This document shows, in pieces, positions 16,226-32,016 of a stretch of 64,000 nt of DNA. Within the stretch, counting starts at the first letter, position 1; the number at the start of each line of letters is the position of its first letter. This DNA is from the human T2T-CHM13v2.0 reference genome, Homo sapiens, in the NCBI RefSeq assembly GCF_009914755.1, contig NC_060925.1. One strand, 5' to 3'. The translations under genes were made by a program, and so were the position numbers. The notes below the pieces were generated by a model that was not told the DNA's origin, ran no database searches, and saw only the letters and a list, made by a program, of their open reading frames with translations.

Positions 16226-16601
<376 letters not shown>

Positions 16602-17424
16602 ACATTTGTGTTTGTGTGTGTGGGAGGAACATCTGAGTGGGCATTTTGTGCCAAAGGTAATCATGTGTGCTATCTGTGGTAGGCATTATACTGTCCACCC
16701 AATATTTCTGGCTCTCTGCCTTCTGGGCACAAGGGGGGCCAACTTAGGGTTAGTGGGGCCATATGACTAGTTCTGGCCACTGAGATCTAAATGGAAATGA
16801 CATGTATCACTTCCATTCAGACCCTCCAGAAGGCTCTTTCCCTTACCCTAGGTTGCTGTGTTCCAGATTGTGGGTGCTCTGTCCACTTGTATCTTGGATC
16901 AGTGTAGAGTAGATCCCTCTCCCACCAAAGCTGGTCTGCAGGGACCACAGTAAACACGTATTATGAGTGGGAAATAAACAATAAACCTGTTATTTGAAGT
17001 CACTGAGATTTAAGGACTATTCGTTACCATAGTATAGCCTAGCCTACTTTGATATACTATCTAATTGTAATTCTTGCAATCACCCTCTGAAACAGGTATT
17101 ATTATCTCCATGTTATTGATGTGATTTTCTCAGGCCACAGAGCAAATACATGGTGGAGACTATTTTCAAATCCACCTCCATCTGACCCAGTGCCTGTGCT
17201 CACTACGCTGAATTTATACTTACATTTATGAACTTTACTTTTTGATGAATATTCTTACAAACAGGTTCATAGCTTTTTTGAATTTCCAATTTTGCTGAAT
17301 TGGAACTTCCAGTTTTGAAATTCCAATCCAATTCCAGTGATCCCAATAAAACAGCACCATAGAATTTTTACTCAGTGTAATTTCATGTGATCCCCACAAC
17401 ACTCCTGTTATGTCAGGCACATTC

Positions 17425-19820
17425 TTTTTTATTTGTTTGTTTTGGTTTTAATTGTTTATTTTACTTTAAGTTCCAGGATACATGTACAAAACATGCAGGT
17501 TTGTTACATAGGTATACATGTGCCATGATGGTTTGCTGCACCCATCAACCCGTTATCTAGGTTTTAAGCCCTGCGTGCATTATGTATTCGTCCTAATGCC
17601 CTCCCTCACCTTGCCCCCCATCCCCCCACAGGACCCAGTGTGTGATGTTCCCCTCTCTATGTCCATATGTTCTCACTGTTCAACTCCCACTTTGAGTGAT
17701 AACATGCGGTGTTTGGTTTTCTGTTCCTGTGTTAGTTTGCTGAGAATGATGGCTTCATCTATGTCCCTGCAAAGGACATGATCTCATTCTTTTTTATAGC
17801 TGCATAGTATTCCATGATGTATATGTGCCACATTTTCTTTATTGAGTCCCTCATTGATGGGCATTTGGCTTGGTTCCAAGTCTTTGCTGTTGTAAAAAGT
17901 GCTGCAATAAACATACGTGTGCATGTGTCTTTATAGTAGAATGATTTATAATTCTTTGGGTATATACCCAGTAATGGGAATGCTGGGTCAAATGGTATTT
18001 CTGGTTCTAGATCCTTGTAGCTTTTTTTTTTTATTTTGTATTTTACTTTAAGTTCTGGGATACATGTGCTGAACGTGCAGGTTTGTTACATAGGTGTACA
18101 TGTGCCACGGTGGTTTGCTGCACCTATCACTCGTCATCTAGGTTTTAAGCTCTGCATGCATTAGGTATTTGTCCTAATGCTCTCCCTCCCCTTGCCTCCC
18201 ATCCCCCGACAGGCCCCAGTGTGTGTTGTTCCCCTCCCTGTGTCCATGTGTTCCCATTGTTTAGCTCTCACTTATGAGGAAGAACATGCAGTGTTTGGTT
18301 TTCTGTTCCTGTGTTAGTTTGCTGAGGATGATGGTTTCCAGCTTCATCGATGTCCCGGCAAAGAACATGAACTCATTCTTTTTTATGGCTGCATAGTATT
18401 CCATGGTGTATATGTGCCACATTTTCTTTATACAGTCTATCATTGATGGGCATTTGGGTTGGTTCCAAGTCTTTGCTATCGTAAAAAGTGCTGCAATAAA
18501 CATACGTTTGCACGTGTCTTTACAACAGAATGATTTATAGTCCTTTGGGTATATACCCCAGTCATGGGATTGCTGGGTCAAATGGTATTTCTGGTTCTAT
18601 ATCCTTGAGGAATCACCATGCTGTCTTCCACAATGGTTGAACTAATTTACACTCCCACCAACAGTGTAAAAGTGTTCCTATTTCTCTGCACCCTCTGATT
18701 GCTGCCTGCTACTTCCTCTGGAATCTTTGTCCCAGAGGGCCACTGGCCTGATGCCTGCTGGAGCTCTCCTGTATAAGGTGTCTGTCAACCCCTGTTGGGA
18801 TGTCTCTCCCAGTCAGGAGTCACGGGGATCAGGGACCCTCTTGAGGTGGCAGCCTGCCTCTTAGCAGAGCTCAAGCTCTACTGCGCTGGTAGAACCCTCT
18901 TTGTCAGGATCCGCTGCTCTTTTCAGAGCTGGCAGGCAGAAACATTTAAATCTGCTGAAGCTACGCCCACAGCCGCCCCTTCCTCCAGATGCTCTGTCCC
19001 AGTGAGATGGGAGTTTTATCTATAAGCCCCTGACTAGGGCTGCTGCCTTTTTTTCAGAGATGCCCTGCCCAGGCAAGAGGAATCTAGGGAGGCAGTCTGG
19101 CCACAGCCAATTTGCCGCTCTGTGTTGAGTTCTGCCCGTTCCAAACCTCCAGGCTTTTTTAGCACGGTCAGGGGAAAACCGCCTACTCAAGCCTCAGTAA
19201 TGGCTGATGCCTTCCCCCCACCAAGCTCAATCATCCCAGATTGGCTTCAGACTGCTGTGCTGACAGCGAGAATTTCAAGCCAGTAGTTCTTAGCTTGCTG
19301 GACTGCGTGGGAGTGGGAACTGCTGAGCGAGACCACTTGGATCCCCGGTTTCAGCCCCTTTTCCAGGGGAGTGAATGGTTCTGTCTCACTGGGGTTCCAG
19401 GCGCCACTGGGGTATGAAAAGAAAAACTCCTGCAGCTAGCTCAGTGTCTGCCCAAACAGCCACCCAGTTTTGTCCTTGAAACCCAGGGCCCTGGTGGTGT
19501 AGGCACCTGAGGGAATCTCCTGGTCTGTGGGTTGCAAAAACTGTGGGAGAAGCATAGTATCTGGGCCAGATAGCACAGTCCCTTATGGCTTCCCTTGGCT
19601 GGGAAGAAGAGGCTCTCCCACTCCTTGCACTTCTTGGGTGAGGTGACACCCCACCCTGCTTCTGCTCACCCTCCGTGGGCTGCACCCACTGCCTAACCAG
19701 TCCCAGTGAGATGAACAGGGTACCTCAGTTGGAAATGCAGAAATCACCCGCCTTCTGTGCTGGTCTTGCTGGGAGCTGCAGACCGGAGCTGTTCCATTCG
19801 GCCATCTTGCCAGCAGCCTC
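17425..19820 (-). mobile_element. L1PA8-like composite: 5'UTR (18697-19820) fused to a 3' end (18021-18696), plus a second 3' end (17425-18017)
   Basis: YY1 site CAAGATGGCC (19800-19809), two T-tails, TSD ggca(c/g)attc at 17416-17424 and 19822-19830. Splits a MIR. Confidence 0.88.
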
Positions 19821-20220
19821 TGGCAGATTCCTAGTAGCCTCATTTTACAGACAATCCAAATAAAGTCCAGAGCCATTAACAGACATACCCTAAGTGAGAT
19901 TCATAATGTGTGACAGAGCTAGGTCTTAAACCTAAGTTTTCTGACTTCAAGTTCAGGGCACTTTCTATGTCCAGGGTGTCTTTCAAATAAACTATATTTT
20001 CTTCAATGAGTACCATTCGGCTCATGCTATATACACACAGTTGGTAGAGCATGAAACGATTTCATACATTCCTTCAGTCTTTCAACAAATACAATTTAAT
20101 AGCTCCTATGTGTCAAGTATGCTTCTTAAGCCAAATCTGTTGATACATTCTGGAGGAAGTAGATTTGAAGAAAAAAGTACAAGTGGTTTCCAGACAGAAG
20201 TTTGAAGGTAGGTGCAGAGG

Positions 20221-20429
20221 CAGCCGTGTGCTGGAGCCAGCATGTACCAGCTCTAAGTAGCCGATTCCACATGTAGCTTCCTATCTCCAAGTTCAGTTAC
20301 CTTACAGTGGCTTGAAATTGGCCATGTTGACAGCATTTACACCACAGATATTGGCAAATGCTGAAAATTAGGGCCCTTTTTTTTCTACCTGGAGAGCTGG
20401 CTGTTAAACACTTACTAGCACACCATTGA
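20221..20429 (+). mobile_element. MER63-like hAT element
   Basis: Termini cag..gtgtgctgg / ctagcacaccattg. Confidence 0.65.
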
Positions 20430-20668
20430 TTACTAGGGCTTTGTGTGAATGGTGGCCCTTGCCCTAGTACTAGAAAGTGGAAAATAATATTGAATGTGCT
20501 TCCTAGGCCACCATGCCCTTGCACCAGAGACAAATTTGCCTCAAACTTCTATGCACAATCTGGGAGGAGGGTCTGTTACCTGTTAAGAAGAGGGAGAGAC
20601 ATAGAGAAAGCCATCCAGGTGATAGAGGCAGGAGACAGCCAAATGCTGTCCAGGTCATTGTGCACAGG

Positions 20669-20688
20669 GAGCTTGCCTAAACATGCCT
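20669..20688 (+). promoter_or_regulatory. p53 response element (zero spacer) in MER61 5' LTR
   Basis: GAGCTTGCCT AAACATGCCT is a 20/20 match to RRRCWWGYYY x2. Confidence 0.85.
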
Positions 20689-21145
20689 ACAGTAGGAAAT
20701 TCCGTTCCTTAACACATGCACAGTAAGGGAAATAAATCAATGTGGAGTGGCTCAGAGTAAGGGCCCACATGTGCACTGGAAGAATGGGGTGGAGGCACCA
20801 GGAATTCACACCTTATGGAGGGCAGGAGGGGGCCTCTTCAGCTCGTGTGTGGTGGCCTGGTATTCAATTTTGTGAGGTGGAAAACCTGTGTGCAGGACCC
20901 CTCTTTTTGTTGACAGTTTTTCTTTTCACTTAATAAATTACAACCTCCTCACTTTTCAATGAGTCCACAGGCCTAATTTTTCTTGGTTGTGAGACAAGAT
21001 TTTAGCTGGATTTTAGCTGAACTAAGGAGCAAAATATCCTGCATTATTTTGGTGCCTGTATGGGGACCTGAAAAAGGGTGAGTAAAATGCAGACTCAAAA
21101 ATCTCTTTCCCTTTTGTTTCTGAGCCTTCTTGTCCTCAGACTTAA

Positions 21146-21806
<661 letters not shown>

Positions 21807-22789
21807 TAAAGAGCACTCAGCTTAATTAAAAGTGGATATCCAAGTTATAGGTGTATTTAAAAGGACTTTATGTTTTTCTCTTCTTGGATCTTGTTTTGCT
21901 AGAAAAAGTCAACTGAATTACTTTTCTCCATTTTGCGTTGCCACTCTTAATGCATGCATGAGAGACCCTAAGATAATTTCTGATGGCCTAGGACTCCTTG
22001 GGAAAAACAGAAAAGGTGCCACAGATTCCATTTGGGGAGAAACCTCTGTTTTCCTCATGGAACCCCAGGAATTAAAAACAGATAGGTCCCTCTCAAAATT
22101 TGTTTTTGTCTTCCAGCTATACCTGTTTGTCGGGCCCTGGAAACAGCATGCTTTCCTAGCCTTGCTCTTAAAGGGCCCCACCTGGAGGGCAATAATCCAA
22201 TTAGGAGATTGGCAAATAAAAAATCTTATAGCTATCAGATCTTCTTTCTCTGTTTAGTTATATATGTGTTGTGTGTGATGTCTATAAGAAAGCTCTAATT
22301 AATTGGCTTAAAGAAGGATAAGTGCTTGGATCAATATTCTAGTTCTGGGCAACTATCCTACAAATCCTTCCAGTTGATAAGAGTAAATAGGGTGCCCATC
22401 ACCCGAAGGTTTCCTTTTTTGAGAAAATAAGAGCAAGGGAGCTAACCAAAGCCAAGCCCTGTGCATCCAAATCTTAGCAAGCATAACTGTAGCCACCAGT
22501 TATCTGGGCATGTCAGCAGCCTCAGGATTTTTGAGCCATCCTTGCCCTCTTGTTTTGTTTTGATACATGTCTTCTAATAACCTGGTTTATCTCTTCTCAC
22601 CTTCAGGCCATTAAACTCCAAGTGGTCATGCAACTGGAGACTCGGATGATGGCCCCTTTTACCAGGACCCTTAGATAGGTCTCCAAGGGAGATCTGACTA
22701 CCATTTTCCCAAAACAGCATATCCTGTCAGCAGGAAGCAGTTAAGATTAGTCTTCATCCTTATATTTATCCTTATTCTAATAGCAGTTA

Positions 22790-23199
<410 letters not shown>

Positions 23200-24439
23200 A
23201 ACATGCCCACAGTGGAAAATTTCATCCCTTAACACACGCGCAGTAAGGAAACTAAATCAACGTGGAGTGGCTCAGACTAAGAGCCTGTATGCGCACTGAA
23301 AGAATGGGGTGGAGCCACCAGGAATTCGTGCCTTATGCAGGCGGGAGCCGGGTCTCTTCAACTCGTGCGTGGTGGCCTGGTATTCAATTTTTGAGGTGGA
23401 AAACCTGAGTGCAGGACCCCTCTTGTTGAGAGTTTTCCTTTCCACCCTCCTCACTTTTCAATGTGTCTGCATGCCTAATTTTTCTCGGTCATGAGATAAG
23501 GACCTGGATTTTAGCTGAACTAAGGAGCAAAAAATTGTGCATCACAGAGGAAAAATGAAGAATGAGGAATGAGCAGTGAGAAGTCAGAGGACAGAATCTA
23601 AGACAACCCTGCAGTGACCTGGAAGTCAAGAGGGTGAAGAAATAACAGTTCCCACTCTTTGACTTAATGACTCTGGCTTTCCTCCCCATCCTTCCATACA
23701 AAGGTGACAATTACTCCCATGTTACTAACGCCAGTGGACACTTCACTTCTCAGAAGCATTCAACATAACTGCCAACTTCATTCTTCTCAAAACATTCTCT
23801 TCCTTTGACCCCCTGATTTTCTTCTCCTGTTCTTCTGCTATTTTTTGGCACATCTTAATCTCCTCTGCCTCCTCCTCATTTTCTACTTAGCCATAAAATT
23901 TGCAGCTCCTTGAGGCTCTGTTGTAAGCCGTCTTTCCTTCTTATTCTACACTCTTTCCCTAAGCACTCTCATCCTCTCCTGTGGCTTCATTAGCCATCAG
24001 AAGGATAACAGCTCTTGACTCTGTATTTCCAGCTTCCTAATTAGCAGCTCCACTTGAATGTGTCACAGGACTCTCAACCTTAAGTCTAAAAATGAACTTC
24101 CCACCCAATCTTATTCTTGTATTTTTTAACTGAATAAAAGGGTACACTGCTGGTTTGTCACCTGAAAACCTGAGACATCTTTGACTCCTCCTTCATCTAA
24201 CCCTTAACCGTGTTGATTCTTCCTCCCATGCCTTCTCCCTATCCCCTTCTTGGCACCCTTTTCTCACTTGGATGGTTGTAGTAGCCTCCTGAGTGCCTCC
24301 TTGTCCCTAGTCTTTCCACCCTTGCCAAGAGTCCATTCTCCACAAAGGAGCTAAATGACTTTACAAATACAAGAACTTGGGGCATTCTCCTGCTTTTAAA
24401 CCTTTTTACTATGTCCCATTGCTTGTAGAATAAAGTTTT

Positions 24440-25530
24440 TTCTCAATGGAGGTGAAATTCACATAACATAAATCATTTAAAACAGAACAATTCAGTTGTA
24501 CAATCACATCTATCTAATCCCAAGACCTTTTAATCACTGCCAAATAAAACCCTGTACCCATTAAGCGGTTGTGCCCATTCCCTTTACTTTCATCCCCAGG
24601 AGACCACTCACCTGCTTTCTGTTTCCATGGATTTTCCTATTCTAAATACTTCATATAAATGAAACCATACAATATATATGTGCTGTTCTGTGATGGGCTT
24701 CTTTCATTGAGCATAAAGTTTTTGTGATTTATCTATGTCACAGCATGTGTCAGTACTTCATTCCTTTTTATCACTGAATAATATTCCATTGTATATCTAT
24801 ATAGATATATATAGATATATGGATAGATAGATATAGATATATAGATATATATAGATATATATATAATCACCATTTGTTCATCCACTCATCCAGTGATGCA
24901 GATTTGGGTTGTTTCCACCTTTTGGCTATTCTGAATAGTGCTACTGTGAACATTCATGTACAAGGATTTCAGTACCTGTATTCAATTCTTTTGAGTATAC
25001 ACCTAGGACTGGAATTGCTGGGTCAAATGAAAGTTCTATGTTTAACTCTTTGAGGTACTACCAAACTCTTTTGTACAGTGGATTCACCATTTTATGTTTC
25101 CATCAGCCACGAACAACGGTTCCAATTTCTCCACATCCTCGCCAGCACTTGTAATTGACTATTTTTTTGATTATTGCCATCCTAGTGGGTGTTAAGTGGT
25201 AGCTGGTTGAGGTTTTGCTTTGCATTTCCCTAATGACTAATGATGTTGAGTGCCTTTTCAGGTGCTTGATGGCTATTTGTGTATCTTTGGGAAAATGTCT
25301 ATTCAGGTCCTTTGCCCATTTTTAAAATTGGGTAGTCCTCTTCATGTTAGGCTAGGCTACAAGAGTTCTTTATATATTCTGGATATTAGACCCTTATCAG
25401 GTATATGATTTGCAAATATTTTCTTCCATTCTACACGTCTCCTTTTCACTTTCTTGATAATGTCCTTTGATGCACAAAAGTTTTTAACTTTGAGGAAGTC
25501 CAGTTTATCTAATTTTTTCTTTTGTTGTTC
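24440..25530 (-). mobile_element. L1MB-type 3' end containing a (TA/TAGA)n repeat (~24792-24864)
   Basis: L1 motifs gtttccaccttttggctatt and ttgcatttccctaatgactaatgatgttgag. Confidence 0.85.
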
Positions 25531-25879
25531 ATGCTGCCACTTCCTAACTGTGTAATCTCTCTGTACCTCAATCTCCTAATTTACCAAATGGCAATAATAG
25601 AATTGTTGTGAGGATTAAATACACAGATAAAGTTCTTAGAAAAGTACCTGGTGCAAAATCAGCACTTGATAAATGTTAGTATACTATACTACATTTACTT
25701 CTAGGCCAGTGTGCCCTGGATAACATTCTGTGACAAAAATGGATGTCAAAGGAAGAGCACAGATAAAAATTCTAGTGAACGTTAAGCAGGTTACATTCTT
25801 CTGGATTAGACCAGCATTGAAATCAAATACGTTATTTCCACAAGCCCAGATACGGTGCCAGCGTTTGGTACTTACTTAG

Positions 25880-26324
<445 letters not shown>

Positions 26325-26441
26325 TGAAAGAGCTTGAGATTTCCAATCATTCTGACCCTTCATTTCATCCCAAGCACAATTTCTTTCTTTTCTTTTTACC
26401 AGGGGTTCAGAGAAAGGGTGGCAATGCAATCCCCACTGAGT

Positions 26442-26890
26442 ATTATGGGTTGAATTGTGTGCTCTCCAAATTCATATTCTAAAGTTCTAACCTCCAGTAC
26501 CTCAGAATGTGACCTCATTTGGAAATAGGGCTCTTGCAGATGCAATTAGTTAAGATGAGGTCATGCTGGACTAGAGTGGGCCCCTAATCTGTCTGATGTC
26601 CTTTAAGATGGCCATGAGAACATGGCCTCCTTGTTCTCCCTCACCATGTGACAATGAGGGTAGAGTGGAGTCACACAGATGCAAGCCAAAAATCAAATCA
26701 TCACAGATTGCCAGCAAATCAGCAGAAGCTAGCAGTGAGGCTAGAAAGGATCCCCACAGCTTTCCGAGGCAGGTTGGCCCTGCCCACAGCTTGACTGCAG
26801 ACATCTAGCCTCCAGCACTGTGGAATGAGACATTTCTGTTAAGTACCCAGTTTGTGGTGCTTTGTTACAGCAGCCCTAGGAAACTGAGAC
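26442..26890 (+). mobile_element. MLT1 (MaLR) solo LTR
   Basis: tatgggttgaattgtg...cctcagaatgtgacc...ttgttacagcagccctaggaaact. Confidence 0.8.
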
Positions 26891-27127
26891 ACCGAGAAAG
26901 AGAAAAAAAAAATGCCTCTCAGGTGGGGTTTTCTTCCTCTGAGTCCTGTAGAAAGTGGAAATTAAAAATTGTTTTAATTCTTCCATGTCTGGGCACTTTC
27001 AGAGCAAAAATATGCTTTCCAGGTGCATTTAAAGCTCAAAATATAGACCTCTCCAGTCAGCTCATGACAGTTTTACAGCTAAGAATCTTCTCAACTTAGA
27101 TGGGGGTGGAGGAAAAGGGAGGCATCA

Positions 27128-27422
27128 GGGCTGGACCATGTTGTAGTCTCACGCCTGTAATCCCAGCACTTTGGGCAGGTGGATCACCTGAGGCTGGGAG
27201 TTCGAGACCAGCCTGACCAAAATGGAGAAACCCTGTCTCTACTAAAAATACAAAAATTAGCAGGGTGTGGTGGCACATGCATGTAATCTCAGCTACTCAG
27301 GAGGCTAAGGCAGGAGAATGACTTTAACCCAGGAGGGGGAGGTTGCGGTGAGCCGAGATTGCACCATTGCACTCCAGCCTGGGCAACAAGAGCAAAATTC
27401 CATCTCAAAAAAAAAAAAAAAA
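27128..27422 (+). mobile_element. AluS
   Basis: Alu body with a small left-arm deletion and A-tail. Confidence 0.9.
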
Positions 27423-28352
27423 GAAAGAGAGAGAGAGAGAGAACAAAGTGGTGTAATTAAGGTGTCTAAGGTGTCACTCTGGGACTGGACATAAACCCTG
27501 ATTCTCATTTCAAAGAACTGGAAAGGAAGAGAAAAGGAATAGAAGACTAAATGCCTTGAGGCTGACGACCCCACGGTCCTCCCTTCTGTGCCCAAAATAG
27601 CGGTGACAGGTCAGAATAGTTGGGACGTCCTGTCCACAAGACTGACAGCCATTCAGCACCCCCTGCCTGGCCAGCTGGTAGATCTGCCCACTGCTTGGCT
27701 TAGGTAGTTGATGAAAGGCTGTGGCTTGCTTCTTTTCATTCCTAGAAATCTCTCTCTCTCAGGTATATGATTCAAGCCCCAAACTTATGGAAACTTTGTA
27801 TTTATACATCTTTCAGATTGTGTAGTTTCCTTCCTCCCAGGTTCCCCCACTTCCCTTCCTCATAGGATTTTCAGTGACTCCTTCCTGGGCAGTGTTTCAG
27901 TGAAACCTCTGAGGCTCTGGGTATTAACTTTTGATTAGAGGTGCTCCCAAGGTCCAGGGAAAAGCCCATGGGCAGGCCAGTTCAAAGGCAGAGCATCTTC
28001 TGGTAGTGAATGTTGTGGATTCATTCTGTCCTGTCAGATTTCCCAGGAAGCAGATTCTAAAATATATATTCACATGCAATAAGGTTATTGGGAGAGACTC
28101 TTGGGAATCAACACCTGTCGGGGGTGGAGAAAGCCAGACTGGGCAGAAGGGGAATTGGGGTGTGACACGGTCGCACCAGTGGTCTCAGTCAATCTCATGG
28201 AAGACTCCAGATGAAGGATGGCCTTTCAGAATTGTCCTGATCCTCAAGGATTGGCCTGCCACTGGATGTGGGAACATGACCACGGAGGAGGCAGATGTTT
28301 TCAGCTGCTGTTTTCCCCCAGGATATGATATTGGTTTTGATTTACTTATCTT

Positions 28353-29092
28353 TGTTATCAAACTGAACTGGGGTCCACTTGCCTGGGGCAGCAAAGCCAC
28401 ATGCTGACATTGGCATAGCATCAAGAGAAAGTGAGGCATTTATTGCAGGGCACCAAGCAAGAAGAATCGGGCAGCTCATGCTTAAGACCGGAACTCCCAG
28501 ATGACTTACGGGTAACAGTTTCTAAAGGTGAAGAGGCAGAGGTTACAGGCAAAGTCATAAAGCAAAACACGGAGGCTATACATTGGTTTGACCTAAAAAA
28601 GTGGGCTATCTCAAAGCAGGAGCCCATAGGTTGGTGGCAGACTCAAAGATTTTCTCATTTGCAATTGGTTAAGGAGGCAAAGTTTTGTCTCTAAAAAAGA
28701 ACGTCAGCTCTGGCTCGTGGGTGTGACCTCCTCCAGGCCCCTTAGGAAGAAATTTAGAACAAAGAACAGCGGTCAGGGTTCAGTCCTCATTTCCTCCTTA
28801 TCTGGGCCTAAGTGCCAATGGATCCATTTGGTGGGGATCCGGGTTTTTGAAAAACAACTCAGTGACATATGTTAGGATGTTACCTTTAGTTTCTATAGGA
28901 AACAAATTATCTGCTGACTCTAACTTCCTTGGCTATTGTTTTAAGTTACTATTACCTTCTTGCTTATTAAGTTGTTCCCTTATTTAGGCTAGCTAGTTGC
29001 CTCAAATTTCCTTTGAAGGAAGATTTTCCTTTATTTTCATGCTCAGGGGAAGAAGGGTACAGGCTCCTAAAAGGGGTTCCTGTTCTGCCTTA
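28353..29092 (-). mobile_element. MER39-like ERV1 solo LTR
   Basis: Terminus ggctcctaaaaggggttcctgttctg. Perfect 4-bp TSD tctt at 28349-28352 and 29093-29096. Confidence 0.75.
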
Positions 29093-30674
29093 TCTTGCAT
29101 GGGCTAGAGGGATAGTTCAAGGTTTGCACTGAGCCTTCTCTACTGTGATACTTCTCATTCTGCAGGCCAATGAACCAATGTAAGGTTTCTGCCAACCCTC
29201 AAGTATGTCCATTTCAAATTACACATTTGGGGATTAGGACCATGATCACTGGGTGAGTCTGTGGACCCCAGGGGACCAAGTGTGAGCTCGACCTAGGCCT
29301 CGACCATTTATTACCTGGTGCCCATTCACCCCTCCTCTAATAGATGGCTCTCCTAATGTCTTAGGTTTCCAGGTACCAATATTAACTTGGGCTCTGTGTC
29401 CTCAAACTATATGGGTACCACGCTTTCCCAGTACATAATTACCTAAGTAAATAGTTCTTAGTATTTTGGGGGGAAGACTAGGGGAATCATTGCCATTTAT
29501 ACTTGCTATGGTTTTATAAGGCCTTCCCAGGGATTTAGATTCTCCTTCAATCAATGGGTGCTAGGTCAGAAAACTGGCTCAGGTCTGGAAACTAAAAAAG
29601 AGATTTTAAGTTTTTACTGTGGTGGCTACTTTTAGTCTCCTAATCATCTACTCTTGATTTCTTTTGCTTGTATAGATTGGGCAAGACCCTGTTGACTGTC
29701 TGTTTGTCTTACCTCCAGGGACATCACGTTCTAGTTGCTGCTTCAATAGCTCTCAGGTCAGGCCTCCTGGGCTTCCACTTCAGCTTTGCTTTTCATGACA
29801 ATAATTGCACCCACTTTTCTTCTGGTATTTAAGTGTCACCTGACTCTATTATTTTGGAATTCTGTCATTTCCTTCTACTATCAGAGAGCCCAGTTCTGCA
29901 ACAGGATCTCCCACCTTGCAGAAGACTATCACCAACCACTAAGCTTCTCAGAGATTCTGGTGCCTTCTTGTCAGTGCATTTCTTATTGATTTTATCAACA
30001 GTGTGTCCTCCAGGGCTTCCCACCAAACATAGTCATAGAGTGAGTTTCCCAGTTTTGCTAATTATATCCACTGTAGTAGGCCTACTGCTCAAGGTTTCTA
30101 TCCCTCTTCCACCATCTGCCACAGCAATTCTGGCACTTCTACTTCACTTTGTCCAAGCTTCTAAGGGCCATCCTAGAAATATGTTAGCTTCACCTCCTTA
30201 AATAGGGTATTAAATCTGTATTGCAGAAGAGTGCTGCCATATTGATAAACTGTCCCCTAACCAACTTTATGTCCCATGCCCCTTGATCCAGTACCCTTAG
30301 AATCTAGTCATTTATGTATTCTCCCAGCTCCTGCCAGCGCATATTGGAATGTATGCATATGCATATATGTCCGGTGGCTCCTGCTGGCTGTAATCCCTTT
30401 CCTCTCTTAGCAGGCCCAGCACAGTTGGGTTACGTTGTGACATATTTCTGATTATTGGTCAGGAGGGGAGTTGAGAACATATCCTTGAGGAGTGTGCATG
30501 CTGTCTCGCAAGGCAAAGGACTTTGCATTGGCTTAAACCAAGGGGTGTTCCTTGGGGGTGGTGGTGCACATCAGAGTACCATCTTTTAACAGGAAGGAGT
30601 GGGTTGCTTCTGCAGACCCAGAGGATACAGGAGAATCTGGGGATTCAAGAGTTTCTAATACATTAACACAGTTT

Positions 30675-31258
30675 TGATAGCGATAGGAGTCAGCCAAATG
30701 CTGAGGCAGATAGGGGTGGGTCCCTGGTGAAACCCCACCTTCAAGTCAAAAACAGCTTGAAGGCTGAAAAACTAGATTGCTGGTCCCAGATGAAACCGGT
30801 GACCCAGAATGAGAACTTCTGTTCCTGTTTGCTCACCCTTTCCCTATTGATTCTTTCTGAATAATACTTTTTAACCAATTGAGTGTTGCCTTTTCCAATA
30901 CTACCTATGGCCTGCCCCTCCCCATTCTGAGTCCATAAAAATCCCCAGACCCACCTACGCAAGGAGGAGAGAACCACCTGACTGTGGGGGTGAGGGACCA
31001 TCCCCTGTGTCCCCTCTCCACTGAGAGCTGTTCGGTCGCTCAGTAAAATTCTTCTCTGCCCTCCTCACCCTTCAATGTGCAGCATATCCTCAATCTTCTT
31101 GGGTGTGGTACAAGAGCTTGAGAATCACCAAATGTGGGTACAAGCTATAACACAGACAAGCTGAGGCACACCAGCATAGCCAAGCAAGCCCTGGGCGGAC
31201 ATCACTGGCTGGAGGTCCCAGGCTTGCAAAGTGACCAAGAAGAAAAAATCCTACATCA
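30675..31258 (+). mobile_element. LTR27-like ERV1 solo LTR
   Basis: tgatagcga..cagccaaatg..ggtgaaaccccaccttcaag ... catca; flanks gttt/gttg. Confidence 0.75.
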
Positions 31259-31786
31259 GTTGTCCACATCCCATGTATTGCAGTTCCATTCCTTCATAAT
31301 TAGGGCTCTGACCTTGGCAGAGCTGGTCTGTGGAACTCAGAACTCAACCTTCTCTGAAACTCTGTGCTTCCATAATTAAATCCTAAATTCATTCCTCAGG
31401 TTTTTCTGCACTCCAATGATAGGAGATGAGGGTATCTTTTTATGCTTCTGAGGATGTCCTCTGGAATTCTGACTTAGCCTGTAAGAGGTGATTAATTACC
31501 CTCAGCCTTTTACGGTCTTGCCCCAAAGAATAGATTATTTCCTAACAACAACTATCTAGTTCTATTGTCTTTATAATGACTATTGCCCTGTATCTCTCAA
31601 ATGCCTGATACACTACTTGCCAGTAAGTCCTATTCTACCAGCCATCCTTCCATGTACACCATGGTGGAGTTTTAATAGTTGCAGCAGTACAGCGGGCCTG
31701 AGGCCATTTGTGCACCCCCAACCACCAGCGGCTGGTCCTCACAGCTGGCTGGCCAGTGGATGATTCCACCCTCAAATCTCAATTTA

Positions 31787-32016
<230 letters not shown>

